Assembly: GCA_020353155.1 (NCBI GenBank)
Contig: CP070689.1
Location: 1,038,302-1,102,301 of the forward strand
Origin: Deltaproteobacteria bacterium
Lineage (GTDB): Bacteria; Desulfobacterota; Syntrophobacteria; BM002
Reading direction: 5' to 3'
DNA: 64,000 nucleotides
A program made the translations under genes and the position numbers. Shown here one piece after another: positions 9,775-19,160 of this stretch (position 1 is the first letter of the stretch; every line of letters begins with the position of its first letter). The notes beneath the pieces were generated by a model that had not been told where the DNA came from, searched no databases, and saw nothing but the letters and a program-made list of their open reading frames with translations.

Positions 9775-10012
9775 CCCGGATATTACATGAATCACCTGCT
9801 GCGACCACGAAACTGGGAACCCGCTTGCGGGACTGAGCGGAGCGCAGCGAGCGCGAATAATATGGCCGTCCTCCCTGGCGTCCTCGGGTGTCGGCCCCTG
9901 CGACGTACCGTTAAGGTACGCCTCGGGACCAATCCCGCGGTCCCGCGGGACGGTTGCCAGGTGGCACGCCCATCTTCGCGGTCTCGCGACAGCAATTCAT
10001 GAAACATCCGGG
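9775..10012 (+). repeat. MITE-like GC-rich palindromic element, type A, copy 1
   Basis: Terminal inverted repeats CCCGGATATTACATGAAT / ATTCATGAAACATCCGGG. The 3' ~130 nt is ~85-90% identical by eye to 27415-27546. Confidence 0.8.
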
Positions 10013-10239
10013 CTAGAATTTAAATGTAGAACACTCTAGATCTTTTTATAGCTTTTTGTCTAGGTCAAGAAGCCTCAAAAAAGGTATTTCCCTAAAAATT
10101 GCACTAATATAATTACATTTTTGTGGTTGCATGTGATTTTGTTATTGAGTATGTTTTTTCTGTTTACCAACACCTTCATATAATCCTTTCGTAGGGTTTT
10201 TGTGCGACGGTGGAAGGTATTTATGGCAGGGATAAAGCA

Positions 10240-12546
10240 ATGAAAAATGTTTATGAGAACGTCCTCCAGCTGATTGGCAACACACCTTTGATTCTGATAA
10301 ACCGCCTAAATTCAAATCCAAAGGTGAGTATTTATGCCAAGCTGGAGTCTCGAAATCCAGGCGGTTCAGTCAAGGATCGCATTGCTTTGCAAATGGTTGA
10401 ACAGGCGGAGCTCAGAGGAGAGCTTACGCCGGAAAAGACCATAATCGAAGCCACAAGTGGCAATACTGGCATTGGCTTGGCCGTGGTAGCCGCAGTAAAA
10501 GGATATAAAATTACCCTGGCCATGCCTGAGACTGCCAGTCAAGAGCGCCAGAAGATACTCAAAGCACTTGGGGCTGAGATATTGCTTACCCCTGGGGCCC
10601 TGGGAACGGACGGTTCTATAGAGAAGGTTTATGAACTGGCCCGCCAGTTTCCTGATCGTTATTTCATGCCTGACCAATTCAATAATGAAGACAACTGGAA
10701 GGCTCACTATTACACAACCGCCAAAGAAATCTGGGAACAGACTGAGGGTAAGGTTACTCACGTAATAGCGACTCTTGGCACTACCGGTACCGCTATCGGC
10801 ATAACGAGACGCCTGAAAGAGTACGACCAAGACATATGTGTGATTGCGGTCGAGCCCTATATGGGACATAAAATTCAAGGGCTCAAGAATATGAAAGAGT
10901 CATATGTTCCAGGGATTTTTGCTAAAGAGCTCTTGGATGAGATAGTTCATATAGAAGATGCCGAGGCTTTCGAAACAGCGAGGAGGTTGGCCAGGGAAGA
11001 GGGCCTTTTTGTAGGAATGAGCGGTGGGGCCTCCATGGCAGCGGCCCTCCGTACTGCACTTAGGTTGGAAGAGGGAAACATTGTGGCCATCCTTCCCGAT
11101 GGTGGTGAACGGTATCTCAGCACGAACCTATTCACCACCCTGTCGGAGCCAGATTTTCGCTTTTACAATACCTTCTCACGTCAAAAAGAAGAATTTAAGC
11201 CGATCTCGGAAGGTAAAATCTCTATTTTTACCACCGGTCCAGCGGTGGGGGAATCACTCGAGCTAACTGAGAGTCGCCGTTTGGTCGTAGCCGATCTCCT
11301 CCGGCGTTATTTGGAATATAAGGGTTTTGAGGTAAGTCAAGCTATCAACTTAACCGACATGGGAGAAAAGGCCATATTGGATTCTAGTCACGGCTTAGAT
11401 ACTGACGCCGAGCGGTATATGGAGATCTGCCGGAGGGATACAAAAGTCTTGGGGGTACAACCCGCCACTTACTATCCCCGTACAAGCGAATACGTCGATG
11501 ATATCCTAGAGATTAGCAAGATCTTAATGGAGAAAGGTATAGCTTACGAAAAACTCCGTTCGGTATATTTTGACATTTCCAAATTTGCTGACTATGGAAA
11601 GCTGTCTCGCGTGGATTTGCAAAAAATCAGGCTCGGCAAGACAGTTGATCTCGAAGCTTATGAGAAGGAGAATCCGCGAGATTTTACTCTTCTTAGACGG
11701 GCGACTCTGGCCGAGCTGAAAAGGGGAATATATCTAAAAACTACCTGGGGAAACGTGCTGCCCTCCCTGCATCTCGAGACAGTAGCTTTAGCCATGAAAC
11801 AGCTGGGAACTACCATAGACATTCATGTAAGCAGTTTGGACTTTTTGTTTCCTCACAATGAAAACGAAATAGCCATCGCCCAAGCAGCCACGGGCAAACC
11901 TCTCGCCAACTACTTCATTCATTGCGAGCGGGTGGTTGAGGATGGCAAGAAGATGTCGAGAGAAGGTGAGGGTAGGGAGACGGTGCAGCAACTGCTAAAT
12001 CGGGGGTACAGTGGCAGACAGATACGTTACTGGTTGCTGGCTACCCATTACCGTAAGCCCCTGCATTATGAAGAGGGCAGATTAGATGAGGCTGCACGGA
12101 GCCTGGAACGGTTGGATGAATTTGTCCAAAGGTTGCAATATGTAGTTGCAGGTGACGATGCCGGCGAAGTCGATCAGTTAATCTATGAAGTTGAGCAGAA
12201 TTTTGACGAGGCAATGGGCGACGACCTGAACATTTCATCAGCCCTTGCTGCTATCTTCAGTTTTGTCCGCAAACTCAATCCATACATTTCTGAGGGTCGT
12301 CTGAGCGAGGGTCAAAAGGAAGCAGCCCTTGCAGCGATGGAGCGACTGGATTCTGTGTTGAACCTTATTCACTGCGCAGAGGCTGACCTGGATGAGAAAA
12401 CCTGTCGACTTCTTGAAGCCAGAGCTGAGGCTAGAAGGAGTAAAAGATGGGAAGTGGCTGACCGAATCCGGCACGAACTTCTGGAGCTTGGTATCAGGGT
12501 TGTTGATACTCCGGAGGGAACCCGCTGGAAACGGGTAGAAAATTAG
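10240..12546 (+). CDS. fusion: cysteine synthase (CysK/CysM type) + catalytically degenerate cysteinyl-tRNA-synthetase-like domain
   Basis: N-terminal part has GGSVKDR, TSGNTGIGLA, GTTGTAIG and GMSGGA. C-terminal part has FYNTFSRQKEEFKP, FPHNENEIA, KMSREGEG and a CysRS-like anticodon/C-terminal region. Start set to ATG 10240. Confidence 0.8.
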   Translation: MKNVYENVLQLIGNTPLILINRLNSNPKVSIYAKLESRNPGGSVKDRIALQMVEQAELRGELTPEKTIIEATSGNTGIGLAVVAAVKGYKITLAMPETASQERQKILKALGAEILLTPGALGTDGSIEKVYELARQFPDRYFMPDQFNNEDNWKAHYYTTAKEIWEQTEGKVTHVIATLGTTGTAIGITRRLKEYDQDICVIAVEPYMGHKIQGLKNMKESYVPGIFAKELLDEIVHIEDAEAFETARRLAREEGLFVGMSGGASMAAALRTALRLEEGNIVAILPDGGERYLSTNLFTTLSEPDFRFYNTFSRQKEEFKPISEGKISIFTTGPAVGESLELTESRRLVVADLLRRYLEYKGFEVSQAINLTDMGEKAILDSSHGLDTDAERYMEICRRDTKVLGVQPATYYPRTSEYVDDILEISKILMEKGIAYEKLRSVYFDISKFADYGKLSRVDLQKIRLGKTVDLEAYEKENPRDFTLLRRATLAELKRGIYLKTTWGNVLPSLHLETVALAMKQLGTTIDIHVSSLDFLFPHNENEIAIAQAATGKPLANYFIHCERVVEDGKKMSREGEGRETVQQLLNRGYSGRQIRYWLLATHYRKPLHYEEGRLDEAARSLERLDEFVQRLQYVVAGDDAGEVDQLIYEVEQNFDEAMGDDLNISSALAAIFSFVRKLNPYISEGRLSEGQKEAALAAMERLDSVLNLIHCAEADLDEKTCRLLEARAEARRSKRWEVADRIRHELLELGIRVVDTPEGTRWKRVEN

Positions 12547-12659
12547 ATGGGGTAAGATCACCACTCTTGACATTTGACTATATGTCTCTCCGGCTTTTGC
12601 GAGGGACTAGGGTTTTGAGACTTGCACCTGAAGAGTCAACGGTGACGGTCTTACCCCAT
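12547..12659. repeat. long-range imperfect hairpin starting right after a stop codon
   Basis: ATGGGGTAAGATCACCACTCTTGAC (12547-12571) pairs with GTCAACGGTGACGGTCTTACCCCAT (12635-12659), 19/25 matches. Confidence 0.55.
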
Positions 12660-12679
12660 TTTATCTAAGGGCAACTTAC

Positions 12680-13567
12680 ATGTATGTTATCACCGGTGCA
12701 AATGGGAACGTTGGCAGAAGGTTGGCAGAGATACTGCTAGCCGAGGGGAAGAAAGTTAGAGTTGTCAGCAGAAATGTCGACCGGCTTCAGCCGCTGGCTC
12801 ACAGAGGGGCAGAGGTATGTATGGGATCTTTGCAGGATGAGGCCTTTCTAGCGCAAACATTTCGAGGAGCTAGGGCTGCCTATGTAATGATTCCCCCCAA
12901 CCATCAGGCTGAGAACCTTAGAGCCTACCAGAATAGAGTTGGCAACGTAATCTTCAACGTCCTTAAGAACGCAGGGGTAGACTATATTGTCAATTTGAGC
13001 AGTTTGGGTGCACACCGGCCTGATAAAACAGGACCGGTATTGGGATTGTACGATCAAGAGCAACGACTGAATTGGCTGGAAAAAGCTAATCTAGTCCACT
13101 TACGGCCAACGTTTTTTATGGAAAACCTTCTCAGCAATGTTCACCTAATTAAGACTAGGGGAATAAATGGAACCCCTTTAAGGGGTGACCTTGCCCTTCC
13201 CATGGTGGCAACCAAAGACATTGCGAGGGTGGCAAGCGAGTATCTGCTGGAACTGGGATTCAAGGGGATAGTGGTTCGTGAGTTGCTGGGTCAGAGAAAT
13301 ATTAGCATGAATGAAATGACTCAGATTCTAGGAAAAGCCATTGGCCTGAACAACTTACAATATGTCCAATTCTCCTTTGAAGAAGCAGAGAGCTCAATGA
13401 TTGAGGCAGGGTTTTCTCGTGATGTGGCTCAATCATTACTGCAACTATATGGGAGCATCAACGAGAGAATTGTAATTGTCGGAACAGAACGAACAGATGA
13501 AAACACTACGGAAACCCCATTCGAGGAATTCGCTGAGAGTTTTGCGGCGGCTTATGGTGCTGGCTGA
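12680..13567 (+). CDS. NmrA-family NAD(P)-binding protein
   Basis: 295 aa. Rossmann motif ITGANGNVGRRL. NmrA-like length and layout. Confidence 0.7.
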   Translation: MYVITGANGNVGRRLAEILLAEGKKVRVVSRNVDRLQPLAHRGAEVCMGSLQDEAFLAQTFRGARAAYVMIPPNHQAENLRAYQNRVGNVIFNVLKNAGVDYIVNLSSLGAHRPDKTGPVLGLYDQEQRLNWLEKANLVHLRPTFFMENLLSNVHLIKTRGINGTPLRGDLALPMVATKDIARVASEYLLELGFKGIVVRELLGQRNISMNEMTQILGKAIGLNNLQYVQFSFEEAESSMIEAGFSRDVAQSLLQLYGSINERIVIVGTERTDENTTETPFEEFAESFAAAYGAG

Positions 13568-13717
13568 GGTGTTTTAAAAGCTAGGCAAATTCCCCCAACC
13601 ACCTTTAAACAAAAGGGGGACTATTTTACAATAGAATTCCGCTGGAACTGAATGGTAAAGTCCCCTTTCTTGAAAGGGAACTTTTGGGGATTTCGAGTTT
13701 ATGCGGAGGCTTTGTCC

Positions 13718-14908
13718 ATGGCCTATCCCTCCACCTTGGATAAATCGAGACTGGATATTCTCATATATTCGCACGATGGTCGGGGTCTTGGTCATGTTAG
13801 TCGGGGGGTGACCCTTGGCATGACCTTTAGAAGACTTTTCCCCGAACTCAGAGTCCTTTTTTTGTCTGGATTCAAACAGACAGCCATGCTGATTGGCGCA
13901 TGTCCGTTGGAATGGATAAAGTTGCCTTCCTACGAGACAAATATCATCGAGGGGAGTTCCAGAGGCCGAAGGGGAAATATAAACATCAAAAACTGTTACT
14001 TAGGGCCCGCGAGAGCGAACATGATAGAATCAATAATATTTAACTTTAAACCACGCTGCGTATTAGTAGATCATGAACCTTTGGGGAAAAGAGAAGAATT
14101 ACTGCCTTCTTTGAGATTAGCAAAAGGAACTGACACCATTTGGATCCTTGGTATTCGCGCTGTTGTTGGTGAAGTTGCCACAATTTGGTCGGAGTTATCA
14201 AAGAATACTTTCAAGGATTACTACCACTCGCTATTATGGTACGGAGATAAGCATATATTGGGAGAGGAGATTCCCAAAGCCATTGGGCAGTACTTTGATA
14301 AGGAACCAATTAATACTGGATATGTATCGCGATTCCTAGAGCTGAAGCACTGGGCATCCTACAGTTCCGAAAGATTTGCCGGTACGATTGCAGTTCCTTG
14401 GCTTAGTGAACTGTCAGTGACATTTTTGCGAAATCTACATGGAGCTCTCCTTGAGGTGGGTGACCATCATGGCAGATGGAGAATATTCACCGACTTGAAC
14501 AGGCTAGAAGCAGAGGACCAGAAGATTAAACTTAAGTTTGATGATCTTGCTGCCTGTACGGTTGAAAATATTAGTGATCAATATTTAGCATCCCTTGCAA
14601 ATTCAAAAGTTGCAATGATTTATGGAGGCTACAACAGCCTAACAGACATCATGGCGGCAGGGGTTCCATCCGTCGTCATAGTCAGGGAAATGAACGACAA
14701 AGAACAGGACGAACATGTAAGTAAGATAAGTAAGGCGAGACCCAACTTGATTTACCCTATAAGAGAAAGTGAGGTTACTCGGAAGGCACTAGTTGAAGCG
14801 TTGGAGAGACAGTTGAGTGTTAAAATAAAAGAAGATCAGGAAATATCACTCAAGGGTTCAGAAGTATCTGCCCATAAGGTAGTCGAGCTAATCGGACATT
14901 TCCATTAA
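13718..14908 (+). CDS. GT-B glycosyltransferase, COG4671/MurG-like paralog 1
   Basis: N-terminal ILIYSHDGRGLGHVSRG motif is shared with 36397.. and 41298... C-terminal GGYNS motif. Start moved to ATG 13718 after GGAGG. Confidence 0.6.
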   Translation: MAYPSTLDKSRLDILIYSHDGRGLGHVSRGVTLGMTFRRLFPELRVLFLSGFKQTAMLIGACPLEWIKLPSYETNIIEGSSRGRRGNINIKNCYLGPARANMIESIIFNFKPRCVLVDHEPLGKREELLPSLRLAKGTDTIWILGIRAVVGEVATIWSELSKNTFKDYYHSLLWYGDKHILGEEIPKAIGQYFDKEPINTGYVSRFLELKHWASYSSERFAGTIAVPWLSELSVTFLRNLHGALLEVGDHHGRWRIFTDLNRLEAEDQKIKLKFDDLAACTVENISDQYLASLANSKVAMIYGGYNSLTDIMAAGVPSVVIVREMNDKEQDEHVSKISKARPNLIYPIRESEVTRKALVEALERQLSVKIKEDQEISLKGSEVSAHKVVELIGHFH

Positions 14909-14936
14909 TTTGAGCCAACCATCCTCGCCCTAAATA

Positions 14937-15707
14937 TCATTTCCTCAGATGGTGTATCTCAACATCCGATCCGTTACCTACCACCACAATACGAAGGGAA
15001 ATGGCTTTTTGCCTCTGGGGATTGGCCAATCTATGAACCTCCACCTCACTTTGATCCAGATGGCCTATCTTGTGCAATTCGCGGAGCAGATGGGGAAAAC
15101 GCTGCTCCGGCACTTTGACGTCGATCAAACGAGCTGAACTCGAATTAAGGGAACGAGTCGGCTCCCTTTCCTGCACCACTGGCTCGGAGATAGAACGGAG
15201 CATAGATTCAAGCTGGCGATCAGCCCTGGAGAAGTCCTTGACTCTGAGGACCATAACCGGGACAGGAGTTTGACTACCTCCCCGTCGGGCTGAGAAATTG
15301 GCTGCTGACTGGCTGGAAGTACCACTCATGTTCAAGGTATTATCTTGGCCTGAGAAGAAAGACCGGAAAGAAAAGGATGGCGGCAAAACCTGCCAGAAGG
15401 TAAGGGAGACGATTAACCCTGCAGCAGCTACCCCCAATGGCAGCCATCTGGGGATATAATCAAAAGGCCATAGAATTTTACGGAGGCGACGTTCCTTCAA
15501 CCTTGCCATCACCACGGCACTGAGATGTGCGGGAGGGTGCAGATTTGGCAGTCGGCTCAGGATCTCCTTGGTTTTCTGCAGGGAGTTCCATTTGCGATAG
15601 CAAGACAAGCATTTTCTCAAGTGGAACTGCAGCTTTTCGCTCTCTTGCAAAGAAAGCTCGCCGTCCAGATAATCATTGAACTGTGATTCGTACTTGCGGC
15701 ACTCCAT
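14937..15707 (-). CDS. membrane anti-sigma factor (zf-HC2)
   Basis: N-terminal C-x..H-x3-C-x2-C pattern (HLRKCLSCYRKW). Single TM WLPLGVAAAGLIVSLTFWQVL. Starts 4 nt after the sigma gene stop. Confidence 0.75.
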   Translation of the reverse strand: MECRKYESQFNDYLDGELSLQESEKLQFHLRKCLSCYRKWNSLQKTKEILSRLPNLHPPAHLSAVVMARLKERRLRKILWPFDYIPRWLPLGVAAAGLIVSLTFWQVLPPSFSFRSFFSGQDNTLNMSGTSSQSAANFSARRGGSQTPVPVMVLRVKDFSRADRQLESMLRSISEPVVQEREPTRSLNSSSARLIDVKVPEQRFPHLLRELHKIGHLDQSEVEVHRLANPQRQKAISLRIVVVGNGSDVEIHHLRK

Positions 15708-15710
15708 AGC

Positions 15711-16334
15711 CTACTCTAGTTTATCGGCCAAACATTCCTGTAAAGCGGCTCTAGCACGATGTAATCTCGATTTCACTGTGCCGGGATTTAGAGAGAGCAT
15801 TTCACTCAGCTCCTCATAGGAAAAGCCCTGCACATCTCTCAAAAGCAATATTTGTCTTGCCTGAGGAGCCATCTGATTAAGGCACGACTGAACTTGGATG
15901 GCCAAGCTTTTGCTCAGTGTCCATTGCTCCGGTGTTGGAGCAATGTCAGCCAATAACTCGGGATTTTGCCAGGGGCTTTCTTCGCCGGGTCGTAATCGCC
16001 TGCTCTGTCTGGCAAAAAAGTCTCTTCTCGCTAGGTATTTGATGCGATTGCGTGTTTGATTTAGGGCAATCCGATAGAGCCAGGTAGAAAACTTTGCCTC
16101 GCCCCGAAATCTCCGGATACCCCGGAAAGCAGCCACGAATATATCTTGGGTCAAATCCTCAGCTTCCTCCTCGCTTCCCAACATGCGATAAGTGAAATTG
16201 TAGATCTGTTTTTGATGTAGCCGCATCAACTCGGCAAAAGAATCCCGGTCTCCTTGTCGACATCGATCAACGAGAAGCTGTTCCTCCTCCTGCTTAAAAG
16301 ATCTACTTTGTTGAGCCAACGGTCCCGTTTCCAT
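15711..16334 (-). CDS. ECF-type RNA polymerase sigma factor
   Basis: Region 2 DLTQDIFVAAFRGIRRFRGEAKFSTWLYRIALN. Region 4 LRDVQGFSYEELSEMLSLNPGTVKSRLHRAR. Confidence 0.85.
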   Translation of the reverse strand: METGPLAQQSRSFKQEEEQLLVDRCRQGDRDSFAELMRLHQKQIYNFTYRMLGSEEEAEDLTQDIFVAAFRGIRRFRGEAKFSTWLYRIALNQTRNRIKYLARRDFFARQSRRLRPGEESPWQNPELLADIAPTPEQWTLSKSLAIQVQSCLNQMAPQARQILLLRDVQGFSYEELSEMLSLNPGTVKSRLHRARAALQECLADKLE

Positions 16335-16514
16335 TTATGGGGATTAGACAACAGTGAACAAAAAAAGTTCTATGTGTTTTACGTCAAAAAATAACATAAA
16401 TTCCTCCCTCTTGTCCAAGGGCGAGCTCTTAAACGCTGCAGGGGAGGGGATTTTGAGGTGGTCGGACAACCTCTGCAGGGCCATTTGTCGGTGAGATTTA
16501 GCAAGGCAAATCAA

Positions 16515-17150
16515 TTAGAAGTCAGAAAGAGAAGGTTTTCCCAATGACTTTAGGTAAGAGGTGTCGTTGAGGAAGGCGATAATCCATTGACCGTCCCTGT
16601 AAATAAACAGATTGGTGCTGGCGGTGTCTTGCTGAATGCGCCAGAAGTGACTGTTGTCCAATCCCAGCAGGGCACAACAGATTACTTTGTTTGGAACCCG
16701 GTGGGCCACCAGGACGAAATTCTCATCTTTATGTTGAAGTAAAAGCCCTTCTAGTCCCGTCATAGTGCGAATTCGCACCTCTTCTAAACTTTCACCACCA
16801 GGAAACTTGATTTTATGGGGTTCACGGTGCCACAAGGAATGGAGCTCTGGATGCTTTTCCTTGACCTCTTGGTTCTCCAGTCCCTCCCATTCTCCGTAAC
16901 TAATATCGATTATGGCGTCGAAGGGAGTAACCGGGATGTCATGGAACTTCGCTATGTTTTCAGCTGTTTCAATAGATCTGGAGAGAGGGCTGCTGTAGAT
17001 TGCATGGAGGGTCTCGTCCTTAAGTGCCTCCCCGGCTAGGTGCACTTCTTGTTTTCCGGTCTCATCTAAAGGAATATCCGCCCGCCCTCGAAAAATCTCG
17101 CCTACATTCCAAGCAGTCTGGCCGTGGCGGACCAGGTAGACTTTGGACAC
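16515..17150 (-). CDS. histidine phosphatase (phosphoglycerate-mutase family)
   Basis: VYLVRHGQTAWN catalytic RHG motif. 211 aa. Confidence 0.8.
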   Translation of the reverse strand: MSKVYLVRHGQTAWNVGEIFRGRADIPLDETGKQEVHLAGEALKDETLHAIYSSPLSRSIETAENIAKFHDIPVTPFDAIIDISYGEWEGLENQEVKEKHPELHSLWHREPHKIKFPGGESLEEVRIRTMTGLEGLLLQHKDENFVLVAHRVPNKVICCALLGLDNSHFWRIQQDTASTNLFIYRDGQWIIAFLNDTSYLKSLGKPSLSDF

Positions 17151-17153
17151 TAT

Positions 17154-18194
17154 CTACCCCTCCATTTCTGAAAGATCTTTGATCTGCTGGTGCAACTCTT
17201 TAGTCTTTTCCGTCCTAGCTCGATCACGATCTTTCACCAAACGGAGAAGGTTTTCTTCCACCTCGACCAGTTCACTTTCTGTGATATCTCTACCCTGAAG
17301 ATGAGCATCGATAAGGGTCCGGTAAGCACGTATCATTTGGCCGATGAGTGCAACAGGATACTCCCGCCCCTGAACTTTGAGTGTTTGCAGGCCTAAATCG
17401 ACGTATTGTTTAAACTCTTCGCCCTGGATGGCAAAGGCCACGTTAGGTTGTCTGCGAATCTTTTCATTGATAGCAGAGATTTCTCTGGAGCTTTTGCCTT
17501 TACGGCGCATCAATTTTTCTCTTTGTGCTTCGCTGAGGAGACAAAAGCGGAAACAGCTCCCGCTCCGGTCAGGCCAGCCCTCGTATTCGACGATATCGTG
17601 GCCTTCTTCATCCTTGTAGACTTTCTTAAGGTATGAGTCGCTGGTGATTTCGTGGAACAGGCAGTTGCCTACTCCACCAATGCAACGATTGCCGTGGATC
17701 AGCACTTCGGTTAGGACGCCGACTTCGTCGGCCTCTTTTTTGAAACGAGCCAATTTTTCCACCGTGTTGATCTCGGTGGAGGCCACAATTTGGGAAGCGC
17801 CTGCCTCGCGGTAATACTCCATTTCCTCTCTGGAACGAATATTACAGCCCACACTGGCGTGGATAACCAGTCCTGGAAAATCGCGCTTGATGAGCCGCAT
17901 TAGGTCGGGGGTCTTGGCGATGACACCTTCCGCCCCCCATTGGGCCCACTTGGATGCTTTGCCAAGGACACGAAAGAAGCTGTTTTCTGGAACATCGGTG
18001 TTAATAGCAACCCGGATCTTGCCACCATGATCGGCAGCAATGCTTATTGCCTCTTTAATCTGGCTGTCCTCTAACTCCCAGGCGCATTTTCTTCGACTGA
18101 ATCCCTTCGCGCCAACATAGACAGCATCAGCGCCATTGGCAAAAACTTCTGCCACCATTTCGAGGCTGCCACCGGGTGCCAGCAACTCATTCAT
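17154..18194 (-). CDS. peptidase U32 family protein
   Basis: [27 protein letters not shown]-terminus is typical of U32. 346 aa. Confidence 0.7.
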   Translation of the reverse strand: MNELLAPGGSLEMVAEVFANGADAVYVGAKGFSRRKCAWELEDSQIKEAISIAADHGGKIRVAINTDVPENSFFRVLGKASKWAQWGAEGVIAKTPDLMRLIKRDFPGLVIHASVGCNIRSREEMEYYREAGASQIVASTEINTVEKLARFKKEADEVGVLTEVLIHGNRCIGGVGNCLFHEITSDSYLKKVYKDEEGHDIVEYEGWPDRSGSCFRFCLLSEAQREKLMRRKGKSSREISAINEKIRRQPNVAFAIQGEEFKQYVDLGLQTLKVQGREYPVALIGQMIRAYRTLIDAHLQGRDITESELVEVEENLLRLVKDRDRARTEKTKELHQQIKDLSEMEG

Positions 18195-18463
18195 GCTACT
18201 AAGTCCTCCTTAAGCGTAAAGTTTCCATATCAGATGGAGGTGATTAAATCGCGCTAAAGTAGCACCAAACATTCTTTAAGGCAACTATTTTGAGCTCGTG
18301 ATAATTATAACAATTCTAGAAAATACTGCAACAGCTGTCAAAACATTTTTGCCTTGGGATTCTTCCGACCCCAACACAAATAATATATTATAACATGTAG
18401 AGCTCGGAATCTATTCAGAGAACCAAAAGTAGGGCTGAGCCAATTTTTGCTGGGAGTCATGGA

Positions 18464-18501
18464 ATGAAAAAAAGGAGGCGGCCTTCTTCAGGACCGCCTC
18501 C
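18464..18501 (-). terminator. Rho-independent terminator candidate
   Basis: On the minus strand: GGAGGCGGTC..GGCCGCCTCC stem followed by TTTTTTTC. Lies just downstream of 18534..18869. Confidence 0.6.
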
Positions 18502-18533
18502 GAAGCGAAGGGTAGAACAGCATTAGGGGCAAT

Positions 18534-18869
18534 TTACTTATTTATTACTGCTGCAAGGCTAAGGGTGCCTGCATTGGTTCTGATCATAAGAGTGCGGCCG
18601 ACTAACTCCACCTCTCTCACATCCACCCACTTGCCGTCGAGCAAGACAGTCATAATCGAACCATCCCTGCTCAGACATGTGATTTGGTGGGCAGCGAGGG
18701 TGTCGGAGATTATCTTACTTTGAGAATCGCTTTCCTTGGCGTAGGCTTTTGCACCAAAAGATCCTGGCTGAGGACCGATTACAAAAACGGTCAGCACGAG
18801 TAGCAGCATGGTGATAGTGAGCAAAAAGCCATGTTTTTTCACAAGGTCTCCTCTTTGATATTTTCCCAA
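18534..18869 (-). CDS. small exported or membrane-anchored hypothetical protein
   Basis: 111 aa. N-terminal hydrophobic helix FLLTITMLLLVLTVFVIG. Followed by a terminator. Confidence 0.5.
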   Translation of the reverse strand: MGKYQRGDLVKKHGFLLTITMLLLVLTVFVIGPQPGSFGAKAYAKESDSQSKIISDTLAAHQITCLSRDGSIMTVLLDGKWVDVREVELVGRTLMIRTNAGTLSLAAVINK

Positions 18870-19160
18870 CTTTCAAGCAAGCCACATGCCATGGATTGAG
18901 AGAGGGGATAGCGCCGCTAAAGGTTACAGTCATAGGTGGATTTGAAATAGGTGAGGAGAAAAAATAATGATAAATTAATAAGTTAAAAATGAGGTCAAAG
19001 GAGTTCGTATGCCCCTGGGTTCAAAAAGTAAGGAGGGAAAAGAAGATCACCTTGGTACACATTTAAATACCAGAGGTATTCTTTTGTGCATCTAAAGAGG
19101 GAATTGAGACCTATTAATAGTGACAGGGTTTTGCGGTAATTTTCAAATTCTTATGCAAAG

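Noticed and set aside
9895-9935. Group II intron domain V-like hairpin (6-bp stem, 2-nt bulge on the 3' strand) inside type A elements
   Set aside because: There is no AGC catalytic triad and no GNRA tetraloop (the loop is GTTAA/GTTCA). There are no other intron domains and no reverse-transcriptase ORF. The hairpin is simply the apex of the element-wide palindrome.
9787-10007. 71-aa ORFs on both strands (9787..10002 + and 9792..10007 -)
   Set aside because: Both lie entirely inside the GC-rich type A palindromic repeat. They are Arg/Pro/Gly-rich translations of a hairpin element. A mirror-image ORF pair is typical of palindromes, not genes.
10366-10878. Long antisense or shadow ORFs inside confident genes (for example 10366..10878 -, 23952..24410 -, 30964..31431 -, 36382..36789 -, 40686..41048 -, 51087..51614 +, 57721..58164 -, 62095..62499 +)
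   Set aside because: Each is fully embedded in a longer ORF that has clear family motifs. Their translations are low-complexity or Arg/Ser/Pro-rich with no motifs.
12567-12600. TTGACA hexamer downstream of the cysK fusion as a promoter for the NmrA gene
   Set aside because: No acceptable -10 hexamer lies at 16-19 nt spacing. The hexamer is part of the 5' arm of the long-range hairpin at 12547-12659.
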